Shown here one piece after another: positions 1-10,867 of a stretch of DNA of 64,000 bases. Source of the DNA: an uncultured Planctomycetota bacterium (GTDB lineage: Bacteria; Planctomycetota; Planctomycetia; Isosphaerales; Isosphaeraceae). Numbering within the stretch: the first letter of the stretch is position 1; each line of letters opens with the position of its first letter. A program made the translations under genes and the position numbers. Under the pieces are notes generated by a model. It was not told the DNA's origin, ran no database searches, and saw only the letters and a list, made by a program, of their open reading frames with translations. The DNA lies in assembly GCA_963823665.1 (NCBI GenBank), contig CAWGMQ010000004.1, forward strand, positions 544,001 through 608,000. Direction: 5' to 3'.

Positions 1-37
1 TGGTCCGGGGCCGCAACTCAAAGAGAAGGAAACCACC

Positions 38-256
38 ATGTCTAACGCAGAAACAGAAGCAGCCCTCGATACCGGAGTGAAGAACCGCAGGCCGAGCCTG
101 GTCGCCTATCAGGTACGTGAGGGGAAGGACGATCAAAGCTATTGGGACCGCATCGGCGTCGCCTGGAGCAACCGCGACGGCGGGTTCACCGTGCAGCTCC
201 ACGCCATCCCGCTCGACGGACGGATCGTGCTGACCAAGCCCAAGAGCAACAGCTAA
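38..256 (+). CDS. Small conserved plasmid/ICE hypothetical protein (72 aa)
   Basis: Good RBS (AAGGA) before the ATG. The motif YWDRIGVAW..DGGF.VQL.AIPLDGRIVL is typical of small mobile-element proteins. Confidence 0.7.
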   Translation: MSNAETEAALDTGVKNRRPSLVAYQVREGKDDQSYWDRIGVAWSNRDGGFTVQLHAIPLDGRIVLTKPKSNS

Positions 257-268
257 CCGAATTCAACC

Positions 269-290
269 GGGCGGGCAGCAATGCCCGCCC
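269..290 (+). promoter_or_regulatory. GC-rich hairpin between small leading-region-type genes
   Basis: GGGCGGGCA-GCAA-TGCCCGCCC is a perfect 9-bp stem with a GNRA loop, just upstream of the next RBS. Confidence 0.55.
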
Positions 291-312
291 ATCACCTGAA
301 AGGAATCACATT

Positions 313-531
313 ATGGAATCATCAAACACATACCTACAGGCCATCGGAGCCAACCTTAAGGCACTGCGGGCCATTCTCACCACCGCCATAGCGGACATCG
401 ACCAGGGCCTCGAGGCCGTCGTCCAGGGCAGCCAGAACGGTGCCGTTGGCTCGATCATGCCGACCGATCACCTGCTGAAGCAGGCGACGACGCTGGTTCA
501 GGCCATCCTCATTCTTCACCGTCAAAGCTAG
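313..531 (+). CDS. Small helical hypothetical protein (72 aa)
   Basis: ATG at 313 after AAAGGAA; reads MESSNTYLQAIG...LHRQS; within ORF 142..531. Confidence 0.6.
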   Translation: MESSNTYLQAIGANLKALRAILTTAIADIDQGLEAVVQGSQNGAVGSIMPTDHLLKQATTLVQAILILHRQS

Positions 532-540
532 GAGGCAGCC

Positions 541-870
541 ATGACCCACGCAACCATGTCGATCAATCCACACTATGCCGCCCGGCTCCGTCGTGCCTTC
601 CCTGTCCGGCCGCCAGAGCCGGACGGGACGATCTATGCCCGCCTGCCACGGGCACCGAAAACCGGCAGCCCGGTCCCGCACCTGACCAGCCTTTATCACT
701 TCCACCGGACAGGCGAATTCGGCGACCGGAAATGGCCAGGCAATTGCGGCGGCAAGCTCATCGAGGATTTGCTCACGTTCTTCCGCCCCGGCATGGTGTT
801 CGACCCCATGTCCGGCAGTGGCACGGCACGCGATGTATGCGAGGCTCCCAGCCCGGCCACGCTCGCTTGA
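541..870 (+). pseudogene. Truncated DNA methyltransferase (N-terminal part with SAM-binding motif)
   Basis: RBS GGAGG. Contains WPGNC and VFDPMSGSGT (motif I), then stops with no DPPY/NPPY-type catalytic motif. Confidence 0.6.
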
Positions 871-873
871 CCC

Positions 874-1416
874 TCAGCGTTCCACCTGCCGGAAGGTGAT
901 CCGGCTAATCAGCGTCGCGTTTTCATCGGCGAATCGTGCCGGTTCCGGATGCTCCCAAATCCACGGCACCCGATGAAGCCCGATCCAGTGATAGAGCGAA
1001 TCCAGGTGACGGCCCTCGATGACGGCTTCCGTGATGACGCTGCCGTGGAAACGGACGATCAGCACGGGGGCCGTGCCCGGCTTTTCTTTGGGCACCAGCC
1101 GCACCCGCTCGCAGGTGGCATACGAAAAGCCCTCATAGGAATAATCCTTAAGGATAAAATGAATCGTCAGGTCCGGCTTGTTGCCGTGACGCCCATGCAC
1201 CTTGTAGGCATCTCCCGGCCGTGGCAGCGGATCGACCTTATCCGGCAAGGCCGGGTCCAGCGGGATGATTTCCGCTTGCCCGCTTGCCGCTTTCGCGGGA
1301 GGCTCGTTGCCCTTCTGCTCCTGTTGCAGCCGGGAGCGGATGCTGGACGGCGAGAAATTGGGTCGGATCACCTTATCGTTATGTTTGCCGTTGCCTTCAG
1401 CGTCTTCATCTTTCAT
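874..1416 (-). CDS. Hypothetical protein coupled to the relaxase gene
   Basis: ATG at 1416 (MKDEDAEG...) overlaps the relaxase stop; globular-looking C-terminal half. Confidence 0.6.
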   Translation of the reverse strand: MKDEDAEGNGKHNDKVIRPNFSPSSIRSRLQQEQKGNEPPAKAASGQAEIIPLDPALPDKVDPLPRPGDAYKVHGRHGNKPDLTIHFILKDYSYEGFSYATCERVRLVPKEKPGTAPVLIVRFHGSVITEAVIEGRHLDSLYHWIGLHRVPWIWEHPEPARFADENATLISRITFRQVER

Positions 1417-4123
1417 GGGCCGAGGGCCTTTCCGGTTGGTGCGGGGGTTGTGGTTGGTGCGGGGCATCATGTTCCGCCCGGACGAGGGCGACGTAGGCAT
1501 GACGCCGCATGCGGTGCTGCCATTCCTCCGTTGCCCGCCGCCGCTTGGCTTCCGCGTCGTCGGGCTGTTCGGGGCGTATGTCGAGGGCGGCAAGCTTTTG
1601 CGAGCTACGCCCGATAGCGGCTTTGACCGCTTCTTTGTCATCGGTATATAAGGTAACGCTTGCCTTTGCCCGTGACGCCGAGACGTAGAGTTGCTCCATG
1701 TTGGTCGCAGGCAGCGACCGCGACGACATGCCAAGGATGACCCGCTTTACCGTTTTTCCCTGAGAACCGAACGATGTTTCGACGTAGCCTTGCCGGAAAT
1801 GCCCGGCATCGGCAGGGATGACCTTGCCGTTAGCAAGCCGGATGGCACCCTGGGGCGTGATTTCGGCGATGGCGTGGTTTTCGCCGTTCTTGAGCTTGCT
1901 GCCATCGTTGGCCGTCACCGTAGCCGTGAAGCGGATGCGGTCGCCGACCGCCAGCGAAATGGTCTCAGGCCGGTAGACGGAGAACTTCGCCGCCTCGGAG
2001 AGCGGCACCAAAGCCGGATCGGTGACAGTCAGCCGGTCGCCTTTCGTAAAACCGCCCTTGGCATTCTGGTGGAACTGGATCACGTCGCCGGGCCGGTACG
2101 TCGTCGCAAGCCCCCGCATCGCTTCCGAAACATCACCCACCGCGACCAGCCGGGTAAATTCGTGTTCAGTTGCCGCCAGCTTGCCCGCCGCCCGGAGCTG
2201 GCCCCGGATCGCCACCGTAATGCTGGCGGCTTCGGCATGCGTTGGCGACACAATGAGGCACGACGCACCGTCTTTCATCGCCTGCATGTAATCGCTGGCA
2301 ATAGCCGCCACGCGGGCCTCATCATCGGCGGATTCCCTGACCCAGCCCAGGCCATCGAGGGCGTTGAAGCCTTCGAGCGATTTGCCTTCGGACAGCAGCT
2401 TGGCGGCAGCCCGATACTCCGGGGTTTCCTGCCGCAGGATCTCAGTAAGGCGGAACGGCCGGACGCAGCCGAACTCCTTGAGCACCCGCATGAAGGCCCC
2501 GCGAGCCACGGAGCCATGCTGCATCTGATCGCCGACGAAGACCAGTTTCAGGTTGAGCTTTTCGGCCAGGCGGAGCAGCCGGACCGCGTCCTTATGGCCG
2601 AGCAGGGAGGTTTCATCGACGACGACGCGGCCACCGGCAGCGGCAGCCTGCATTTTCTCATCGACCAGGAACCGGGCCAAGGTGTTCGCCTCGAACCCGT
2701 CCTTTTCGAGCACTTTGACCGCCCCCGTGGTCGTGGCCAGGTAGGTGACGGTCTGCCCCTGCCGCCGCACCCCTTCATCGTATTTGCCGAGCATCGAGCT
2801 TTTGCCCGCCCCGGCGGGGCCTTCGACCAGGTTGACGCGGTTTTCCGATTCCAGCAGCCCGGTCACTGCCTCCCACTGTCCGTCATTGAGCGACTTGCCG
2901 TTGGCCATGCGGCGGGAAAGCCCCTCCGGCACGCCGACCGGGCAGACCGTGCCCCGGCCACCGGCCGCCACGCGGGCGATGTAGCGTTCTTCGTCCTGCA
3001 ACGTCGCCGTGGTCGCCATACGCTGGCCGTCGATCCTGCTGACCAGGACGCCCTGACGCGGCAGCTCGGCTGCGACTTCCTCCAGCGTCACCTGCCCCAC
3101 CCCGTGCAACAGGGCCACCCGCATCAGTTCCCGCTCCGGAAACACCGAGAGCTGTTCGCTGAGGTGAGCGATGGCGAACGACACAGCTTCTTTGGCCGTC
3201 ACTTCCTGGCCGATGCCCACGCCCTGGCCGAAGACGCAGGCCAATGCGTCGCGGTCGCCGTCGCTGAGCTGGCCAAGCCACGCCTCGCGGAGTTGCTCCG
3301 GCGTCAGCTCCTTCTGTTTCCTGGCCCGCGTTTTGGCCCCCAGCTCCGCCTTGCGACCGGCTTCGGTGATGTTGAGCAGGCGGGCCGTGTCCTCGATCTG
3401 GCCGGTACGTTTGGAGAAGGTGACGCCCAGCGGTTGCAGCCCGGCGAATCCCCATTTGCCATCCGCCCGCCGTTCCACCGGCAGGCCGAGCTGGGCCAGG
3501 TCCCTGGCCACCCGCGAATAAAACACCGACTCGTAATAGGGCCGGTCGCGGTAGACGTTGGCCATTTCGATGGCCTTGACGCGTTCCTCCACCGGATCGT
3601 TGGTAGCGTTGAAGGTGAACATGTGCCAGTGGGGATGCGGATCGGGCGGCTGGCCATCCACCGGCCGGGCGGTGGTATGCAGGAACCCGGCATAGGCCAT
3701 GTTGCCGGTATCGCGGTTCTCAAAGGCACCGTGCAGCCGCACCCGCGTCTGCACGTCGGCTTCAATCATCCCCTGCACCTCGTACACACGCTGGCCGACC
3801 ATCGCCAGCATCGCATCCCGCTCCGCTGGCGGCAGCAGCATGATATAGGCCCCGACCTCCTTGGGCAGCGAGTAGATCATGTCCTCGCCGACGCGGCGGT
3901 TGGCGTTCATCCGGGGGGTGAGTTGCTCGCCCGTGACCGGGTGCAGGTTGTCGCACATCCGCTCGAAGGTTTCCTTTGAGACGGGCTTTCCCGCCAGGCC
4001 GAACGACTCGGCAAGCTTGCCGCCCCACACCCCGACCGTCTCATTGCCCTGGCTGTAATAATCCGCCGTCTCGAAATATTTCTTAACGGCAGAGGACGAG
4101 CGGGCGGTAAAAAGGCGAAGCAT
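1406..4123 (-). CDS. trwC: MOBF-family conjugative relaxase-helicase (TrwC/TraI-like)
   Basis: N-terminal Y..ADYY; H-T-T-A-R...PDPHPHWH HUH motif; FSKRT; helicase Walker A GPAGAGKS, VVDETS, LVFVGD..QH, SQGKTV, QLYVSASRA. Confidence 0.93.
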   Translation of the reverse strand: MLRLFTARSSSAVKKYFETADYYSQGNETVGVWGGKLAESFGLAGKPVSKETFERMCDNLHPVTGEQLTPRMNANRRVGEDMIYSLPKEVGAYIMLLPPAERDAMLAMVGQRVYEVQGMIEADVQTRVRLHGAFENRDTGNMAYAGFLHTTARPVDGQPPDPHPHWHMFTFNATNDPVEERVKAIEMANVYRDRPYYESVFYSRVARDLAQLGLPVERRADGKWGFAGLQPLGVTFSKRTGQIEDTARLLNITEAGRKAELGAKTRARKQKELTPEQLREAWLGQLSDGDRDALACVFGQGVGIGQEVTAKEAVSFAIAHLSEQLSVFPERELMRVALLHGVGQVTLEEVAAELPRQGVLVSRIDGQRMATTATLQDEERYIARVAAGGRGTVCPVGVPEGLSRRMANGKSLNDGQWEAVTGLLESENRVNLVEGPAGAGKSSMLGKYDEGVRRQGQTVTYLATTTGAVKVLEKDGFEANTLARFLVDEKMQAAAAGGRVVVDETSLLGHKDAVRLLRLAEKLNLKLVFVGDQMQHGSVARGAFMRVLKEFGCVRPFRLTEILRQETPEYRAAAKLLSEGKSLEGFNALDGLGWVRESADDEARVAAIASDYMQAMKDGASCLIVSPTHAEAASITVAIRGQLRAAGKLAATEHEFTRLVAVGDVSEAMRGLATTYRPGDVIQFHQNAKGGFTKGDRLTVTDPALVPLSEAAKFSVYRPETISLAVGDRIRFTATVTANDGSKLKNGENHAIAEITPQGAIRLANGKVIPADAGHFRQGYVETSFGSQGKTVKRVILGMSSRSLPATNMEQLYVSASRAKASVTLYTDDKEAVKAAIGRSSQKLAALDIRPEQPDDAEAKRRRATEEWQHRMRRHAYVALVRAEHDAPHQPQPPHQPERPSAHER

Positions 4124-4129
4124 TATGGA

Positions 4130-4215
4130 CCCCCTACATGGTAATACCACATGTGGGGATCATATGAGCGAAAGCCACAAAATCAAGTGGCTTTCGCATC
4201 AGTAAGCACAGATAG
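4130..4215. promoter_or_regulatory. Candidate oriT / relaxase operator inverted repeats
   Basis: Perfect 11-bp inverted repeat GCGAAAGCCAC-N8-GTGGCTTTCGC (4168-4197) plus an imperfect one at ~4131-4158, immediately upstream of the relaxase. Confidence 0.45.
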
Positions 4216-4671
4216 AAGTGGAACAGACTTGCCTCCTTAGCGGTGCTCTAAGGGAAAAGGGGGTCGTTTTCCCGGTGAAAACGCTTTCGCGGCGACGTGT
4301 GAAATCATGCCGCTCAGTTGGAAACCTGACTTGGCAACGATTTAACGAAACTCGAACGGCCGGAAGTTAACGGCCAGATCGTAGCCAGAAATGCAACGTG
4401 CCGCTGTCGGTTCTTTTTTTCGGAGTGTCGCCTTACGGCAACATCACCCGTCGCGTCGATCAGCGATCACTGCCTGGAGGATCACAGCCGGAAAAATGTG
4501 TTGCGATCGCACACAGGCCGTATTACCACTATCGCAACTGACGATAGGTAATCGCTCCCGGCATGGCACTGCGACCTACATCCCCATTCCTTCTACCGCT
4601 GGAATTTACAACAGCCAGCGAGCCTGATTCATCAGCCACGGGCACCGTCCCTCACCCAGGAGAAACCCATC

Positions 4672-4986
4672 ATGAAGTACAAAACGATCGTGCTCGAACT
4701 GATTCAGCAAAAGCCGGAACTACACGAGCAGTTGCGGGCAAGCCGGACGTTGCTGGCGACGATGGACGCTTACGCCCTCGCACTGAAAGCCAGCCACGAG
4801 GAATGGATGGACCGACTCAGCCAGAGGAGGCCAGGCAGCGACCACAGCCAGATTTCGAGCGAAGCCCTGGAGATCGCCCTCAAGGAACTGGACGAGGATT
4901 TGTCCTCCGGGTCGAAAACGGACGAGGACGGCCCTACCGTCGACGGGGCGATGGCCTATCTCAAGCGTCATACGCCGACCGCATAG
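4672..4986 (+). CDS. Small helical protein, possibly TnpV-like
   Basis: RBS AGGAGA. The pattern PELHEQLRASRTLLATMD loosely resembles TnpV-type proteins that precede MTase-helicase genes. Confidence 0.55.
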   Translation: MKYKTIVLELIQQKPELHEQLRASRTLLATMDAYALALKASHEEWMDRLSQRRPGSDHSQISSEALEIALKELDEDLSSGSKTDEDGPTVDGAMAYLKRHTPTA

Positions 4987-5360
4987 CTGAGGCACGCCGC
5001 ACCAGCCCGGCACGCGGCCAGGGCAAGCTATCCTTTGACGCTCCCACACCGCGTAGCAATCTGCCGTCCGCCGAACCCGCTATCTCCAGCGACCTTGTTC
5101 CTGCCGCAATTCCTGCCCCCACTGTGGCCCCTGACCGGGGCCTTTCTCCGGCGACGCTACAGGCGGAGCCGCCCGCCGCAACCGGACAAACCGCTTTCAC
5201 AAATGATGGTTTGCTAAAGGGTGAAGCTTCGGTTTCTCAGGTTGCGGCAGGCACCGGGCGGCACGATGCCGCCGGTGGGCAAGAGCCCGTTCCCCGCCTG
5301 TCTGCTGCCCTTGAAAGGCCCCGGCTGTCGGGGCCGGAACAGGGAGCAGGAGACCGCATC

Positions 5361-8300
5361 ATGGAAGAAACCACGACGACCGCAACGATCGCCGACATCG
5401 CCGGAGGCGAGAAATCCAAAGCACGCGACATCATCAACGCTATCCGCACGCTACGGCGGATCGAGGAGGAAGGACGGAAGGCAACGGCCGACGAGCAAGC
5501 GGCACTGGCCCGCTTCGCCGGTTTCGGCCCGGTGGCCCTGTCGATCTTTCCCAACCCTGTCACCGGCCGCTACAAGGACGCTGGCTGGCAGGCCCTGGGC
5601 GATGAGCTGAAATCGCTCCTCCGCCCCGATGAATACGATTCGGCCAAACGCACCACCTTCAACGCCTTCTACACGTCGCCCACCGTCATCGCGGCGATGC
5701 ACGACGCCCTTTCCCGCCTCGGCGTTGCGGATAACGCCACCGTGCTGGAGCCAGGTTGCGGCACCGGCAACTTCCTGGCACAGGCCGCAGGCGGGATGCA
5801 CTTCATCGGCGTCGAGATGGATACGACCTCCGGCCGCATCGCACGGGCACGCCATCCCGCAAGCCGACATCCGCATCGAAGATTTCCGCGATAGCAAACT
5901 CCCGCCGATCGACGCGGTGATCGGCAATGTGCCGTTCGCCGACCTGAAGCTCGATTACCGGGGCCAGCGTCTGTCGCTGCATGACTTCTTCTTCGCCAAA
6001 TCGCTCGACGCCCTGAAGCCCGGCGGCATCATGGCCCTGGTCACGACCCATTACACGCTCGACAAGCAGAACGCCGCCGTCCGCGAGCGGCTTGCCGCCG
6101 AGGCGGATTTCCTGGGAGCGATCAGGCTGCCTTCGGACGCCTTCAAACGCGAAGGCACGGCAGTGGTGACCGATATAGTGTTTTTTCGCAAACGCTCAAA
6201 CGGGCAAACGCACAACCATGCCGATCCGTCGTGGCTGGAGACCGCCCCGATGACCATCGAGGATGTAAATATCCCGATCAATAAATATTTCCACCACCAT
6301 CCTGAAATGGTGCTGGGCAACTGGAGCCGCAAGGACCGGCTCTATGACTCGACCTACAGCGTCACCGGCACAGGCGATCTTGCCCAGCAACTCGCAACCG
6401 CCATCCAGCGTCTGCCCAAAGGCCAGGTCGTCCAGTCGGAGCCGGAGAGGCCGAAACCTCCCCCGTTCGTTCCACCGCCGCAGGAGCCGCACATTGCCGA
6501 GGGCAGTTTCTTCGTCGCCAAGGACCGGGCCATCCACCAGGTCGAAGGCGGTGCGGCCCATCCCGTCACCTATGGCGGGACGGCACTCAAAGCCGACGGC
6601 ACCATGACCGGCAAGCGGATGGCCGCCCTGATCGGACTCAGGGACTTAGCACGCCGCGTGCTCCAGTCACAAAACGAGGATTGGCCGGAAGCCCATCGCA
6701 ACGATGCCCGGAAGGATCTGAACCGGGTTTACGACCTTTTCGTCTCCGCGTACGGGCCGATCAACAAGACCACATTCAGCGAAACCGCCGAGGGCGGCGT
6801 TATCCGCCGCATGCCCAACCTTGCCAAATTCCGCGACGATCCCGACGCCATGCTGGTGATGTCGCTGGAGGATTACGACGAGTCGACCGGCAAAGCGGCC
6901 AAGGCCGCCATCATGCAAAGGGATGTGGTCGGCCGCACGCCCGCCGTCACACACGTCGCTTCGGCCGAGGAAGGCTTGCTGGTGGTGCTGAACCAACGCG
7001 GCACGGTCGATCTACCGGCAATCGCTGGCCTGTACGGCAAGCCCGAGCCACAGGTAATCGCCGAACTCGGCGACCTGATCTACCAGGACCCAGAATCGAA
7101 GGCATGGCAAACCGCCGATGAATACCTGTCGGGCAACGTGCGAGAAAAACTCAAAACCGCGAAAGCGGCCGGGCCGGAATTCGCCCGCAACGCCGAGGCA
7201 CTGGCTGCTGTGCAGCCCGAAGACGTGCTGCCCGGCGACATCGACGCCAATCTCGGTGCCCCCTGGATACCGGCCTGCGACATCCAGGCGTTCGCCGCCG
7301 ACCTCTTCAAGGTTGCCCCGAGCAGCGTCCCCATCGGCCACCTGAAAAAGGACGCAGTATGGACGGTCGATCCTGATTTGAGTGCCGAGCGGTCGGTTGC
7401 CGCCACGGCGGAATTCGGGACGCCAAGGGCCAACGGCACCTGGCTGTTCGAGCTGGCCCTCAACCTCAAATCCCCCGTCATCTACGACACGGTGATGAAC
7501 GGCGACCGCGAGGAGCGAATCGTCAACCAGGATGCGACGCTTGCCGCCCGCGAGAAACAGAAGCTCATCAAGGAGAAATTCAAGGCGTGGGTGTTTTCCG
7601 ATCCCGACCGGACGGAGACACTGGTTCGCTTGTATAATGATACCTACAATAATTTACGGCCACGCATCTTCGACGGTTCGCATCTCGATTTCCCCGGCAT
7701 GAACCGCACGATCACGCTGAATCCGCACCAGGACGACGCCGTGTGGCGGGGCATGAGTGCGGGCAACACGCTGCTCGCCCACGCCGTCGGGGCAGGCAAG
7801 ACGTTCACGATGGCCGCCACCGGCATGAAGATGAAGCAGGCCGGGCTGGTCAAAAAGCCGATGTACGTCGTGCCCAACCACATGCTCGAGCAATTCTCCC
7901 GCGAGTTCATGCAGCTCTACCCCAACGCCCGGCTGCTGGTGGCGACCAAAGAGGATCTCGCCCGCGACCGCCGTAAATTGCTCACCGCCAAAATCGCCAG
8001 CGGCGAGTGGGACGGCATCATCGTCACCCATTCGAGTTTCGAGCGGATCGGCTTGTCGAAAGACTATCAGGCGAACTTCCTGCGCCAGCAGATCGAGGAA
8101 TACTATCAGCTCACTATCGACGACGCACGCGGCGACACGTCACGTGGCAACCGCAACATTATGAAGACGCTTCAGAAGCAGAATCGCCGCACGCCAGGAA
8201 CGGCTGAAAGACCTGCTGGCCGAGGACAAGAAAGACGACGGGCTGGTCTTTGACGAACTCGGCGTCGATCACGTCTTTATCGACGAGGCCCATTTCTTCA

Positions 8301-10565
8301 AGAACCTGGAGACGCCGACCAAGATGGAGCGTGTCGCCGGCATCCAGACCGGCGGCAGCGAGCGGGCGTTCGACCTGTACATGAAAGCCCGGTTCTTAAG
8401 TGAGCAGCATCCCGGCCACGGCGTGACGTTCGCCACCGGCACGCCGATTTCCAACACGATGGTCGAGATGTACACGATGCAACGCTTCCTCGACCCGGAA
8501 GGGCTTAAAAGCCGGGGCATCGAGCATTTCGACGGCTGGGCCGCCACCTTCGGCGAAGTCGTCGATACGATGGAAATCTCGCCCGACGGTGCGTCACTCC
8601 GGCCCCGCAGCCGCTTCGCCCGTTTCGTCAACCTGCCCGAGCTTCAGCAGATGTTCCGGGCGTTCTCCGACGTGCAGACGGCCGAGATGCTCGACCTGCC
8701 ACGGCCAAAGCTGGAGGGCGGCAAGCCGATCGTCGTCGCCTGCCCGATGTCGGACGAGCAAGCGTACCGCCCAGCAAGGGCTGGTTGCCCGCTACGAGCG
8801 TTTACGCTCGCAGAAGGTCGATCCACGCGAGGATAACGCCCTGGCCATCACCACCGACGGCCGCAAGCTGGCCCTGGACGCCCGGTTGCTCTCCGCTACG
8901 GACCGAGGATTTCCCCGAACTCGAAAATCAACGCCCTGGTCGGCAACGTCGCCGCCACCTGGCGGAAATCGGCCGCGACACGCGGCACGCAGATGATTTT
9001 CTGCGACATGGGCGTCAACCCGACGCAATGGGGATACTGCGTCTATGACGACGTGATTGCCAAGCTGGTCGCTTCCGGCATCCCGAAAAGCGAGATCGCC
9101 GCCGTCGGCGACGCCGATTCCGACGCCAAGAAACAATCGCTCTTTGAGCGGGTGAGGTCCGGTTCCGTCCGCGTGCTGATCGGCTCCACCCAGAAAATGG
9201 GCACCGGCACCAACGTCCAGAAACGTCTCGTGGCCCTGCACCATCTCGACGCCCCGTGGAAACCGGCCGAAGTCGAGCAGCGGGAAGGCCGGATACTCAG
9301 GCAAGGCAATTCCAACGAGGAAGTGGCGATCTACCGCTACGTCACGGAAGGATCATTCGACGCTTATATGTGGCAGGCATTGGAAACCAAGGCCCGGTTT
9401 ATTTCGCAGGTAATGACAGGCGAGGCAGCGGTACGCCGGGCCGAGGATATCGGCGGCCAGGAACTCTCCTATGCCGAGGTGAAAGCGATCGCTTCGGGCA
9501 ATCCGGCCGTGCTGACGCTGGCCGAGGCCGACGCCGAATTGCAGCGGCTGGCGATCCTGAAGAAGAACCACGCCGACGAGCAATATCTCGCCCGCCGCTA
9601 CCGCCGCGAACTGCCGGAGACGATTTCCCAGCTCACCAAGCGTGCCGGCAGACCTCGAAGCCGATCAGGCAACCGCCGCCGCCCATGCCGACGATCCGAT
9701 CATCATCGCCGACCGGCCATGTGCCCGCGACCAGGTGCTCGACCGGCTCACGGCTCGCCTCAACACCGTGCCCGATACCGTCCGCGAAACCAAACGCTTC
9801 CCGCTGGGCCGCTATTGCGGCCTGGATTTCGGAATCGTGCTCCATTCAGGCGGAGCCGCCGACGTTTACCTCGACGGAGCGGGCACGCGGTACGGCATGC
9901 TGTCGCGTGACCATCACGGCCCGCGAGCCGTGCTGAACGCCCTCGAACGGCTTGCCGATAGCTACGGCGGCCCACTCGCCACCGCACGACGCGACCTGGA
10001 GATCGCCAAAGCCCAGCTCCGCGACTACGAGGCACGCCTCGACCAGCCGTTTGAGCAGAAGGATTACCAGGAGGAACTGACCGCCTTACGTGACCAACTG
10101 AAAACCGCCCTCTCCGGCGGCACGCCGGAGGCCAGCGGACAGTCGCAGCCGACCGCCGCCGAATTGGCCGAACGCATCCAGGCCCTGAAATCGTCGCACA
10201 CCATCGAAGCCACGCCCGAGCGTCCACGCACCCGCAACGCCTCAGCCGCCGAGGCGATCACCGCCCGCATCCGCAGGCGGACCGCAAGGCAGCCCACGGC
10301 CGAGCCAATCCCCGAAGCCGAGGATGCCGCACCAACGATCGAGCCAGCTACCGTTGCCACGCACGCGGAAGCACCCGCGTCAGCCGTCGCGGCGATTCCC
10401 GAGCTTTCTGAGCCTACGCCAGCCCTGCCGTCCGGCCCGGCACTGGTGGCCGCGAGCGATCAACGCCCACCGGAACGCCATCCGGCCCAGCCGCCTCGGC
10501 CTGCGTACCGGGAGCGTGTCGCGCGCGGAAAAGCGAAGTCAGGCCACCAACTGAGCCTATTCTGA
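5361..10565 (+). CDS. DarB-like N6-adenine methyltransferase / SNF2 helicase fusion, split by about five frameshifts
   Basis: Motifs in order across ORFs 4563-5894, 5629-8253, 8324-8836, 8993-9910 and 9642-10565: NAFYTS, LEPGCGTGNF, IGNVPF, LLAHAVGAGKT, FIDEAHFFKN, ATGTPISN, GSTQKMGTGTNVQ, EQREGRILRQGN. Frame breaks near 5850, 8190, 8765, 8900-8925 and 9645. Confidence 0.88.
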
Positions 10566-10867
10566 ACTTTGCTGTAGTTCATCGCCCCCACCTCGGCCAT
10601 GCCGGTCGCGGCGCGGCCGCCCTTTACGGGACGATCATCTACCTAATTCTCAAGAAGTAATTTTCCTTTAAAATATTATGGAATAAGGGCTTACGGCAAG
10701 ACTGTGCACGGCCCGAGGTCCGAACAAGGGTTGGCGGTGAGTTGACGGGGTCTAGCCGTGAAGCCTGGTATCCTCTCTAGTATGATGCATCTCCTTGAAC
10801 TTCTTGCACTTAGCTGGACAAGAAGCTACTTCTGATAGACAACCAGATAGTCTTAGTCGATGCGATC

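Noticed and set aside
1691..3979. 762-aa plus-strand ORF
   Set aside because: Antisense shadow of the relaxase in GC-rich DNA; no motifs.
4563..5360. N-terminal extension of the DarB-like protein
   Set aside because: Low-complexity frame overlapping the 4672-4986 gene; a better RBS and ATG lie at 5361.
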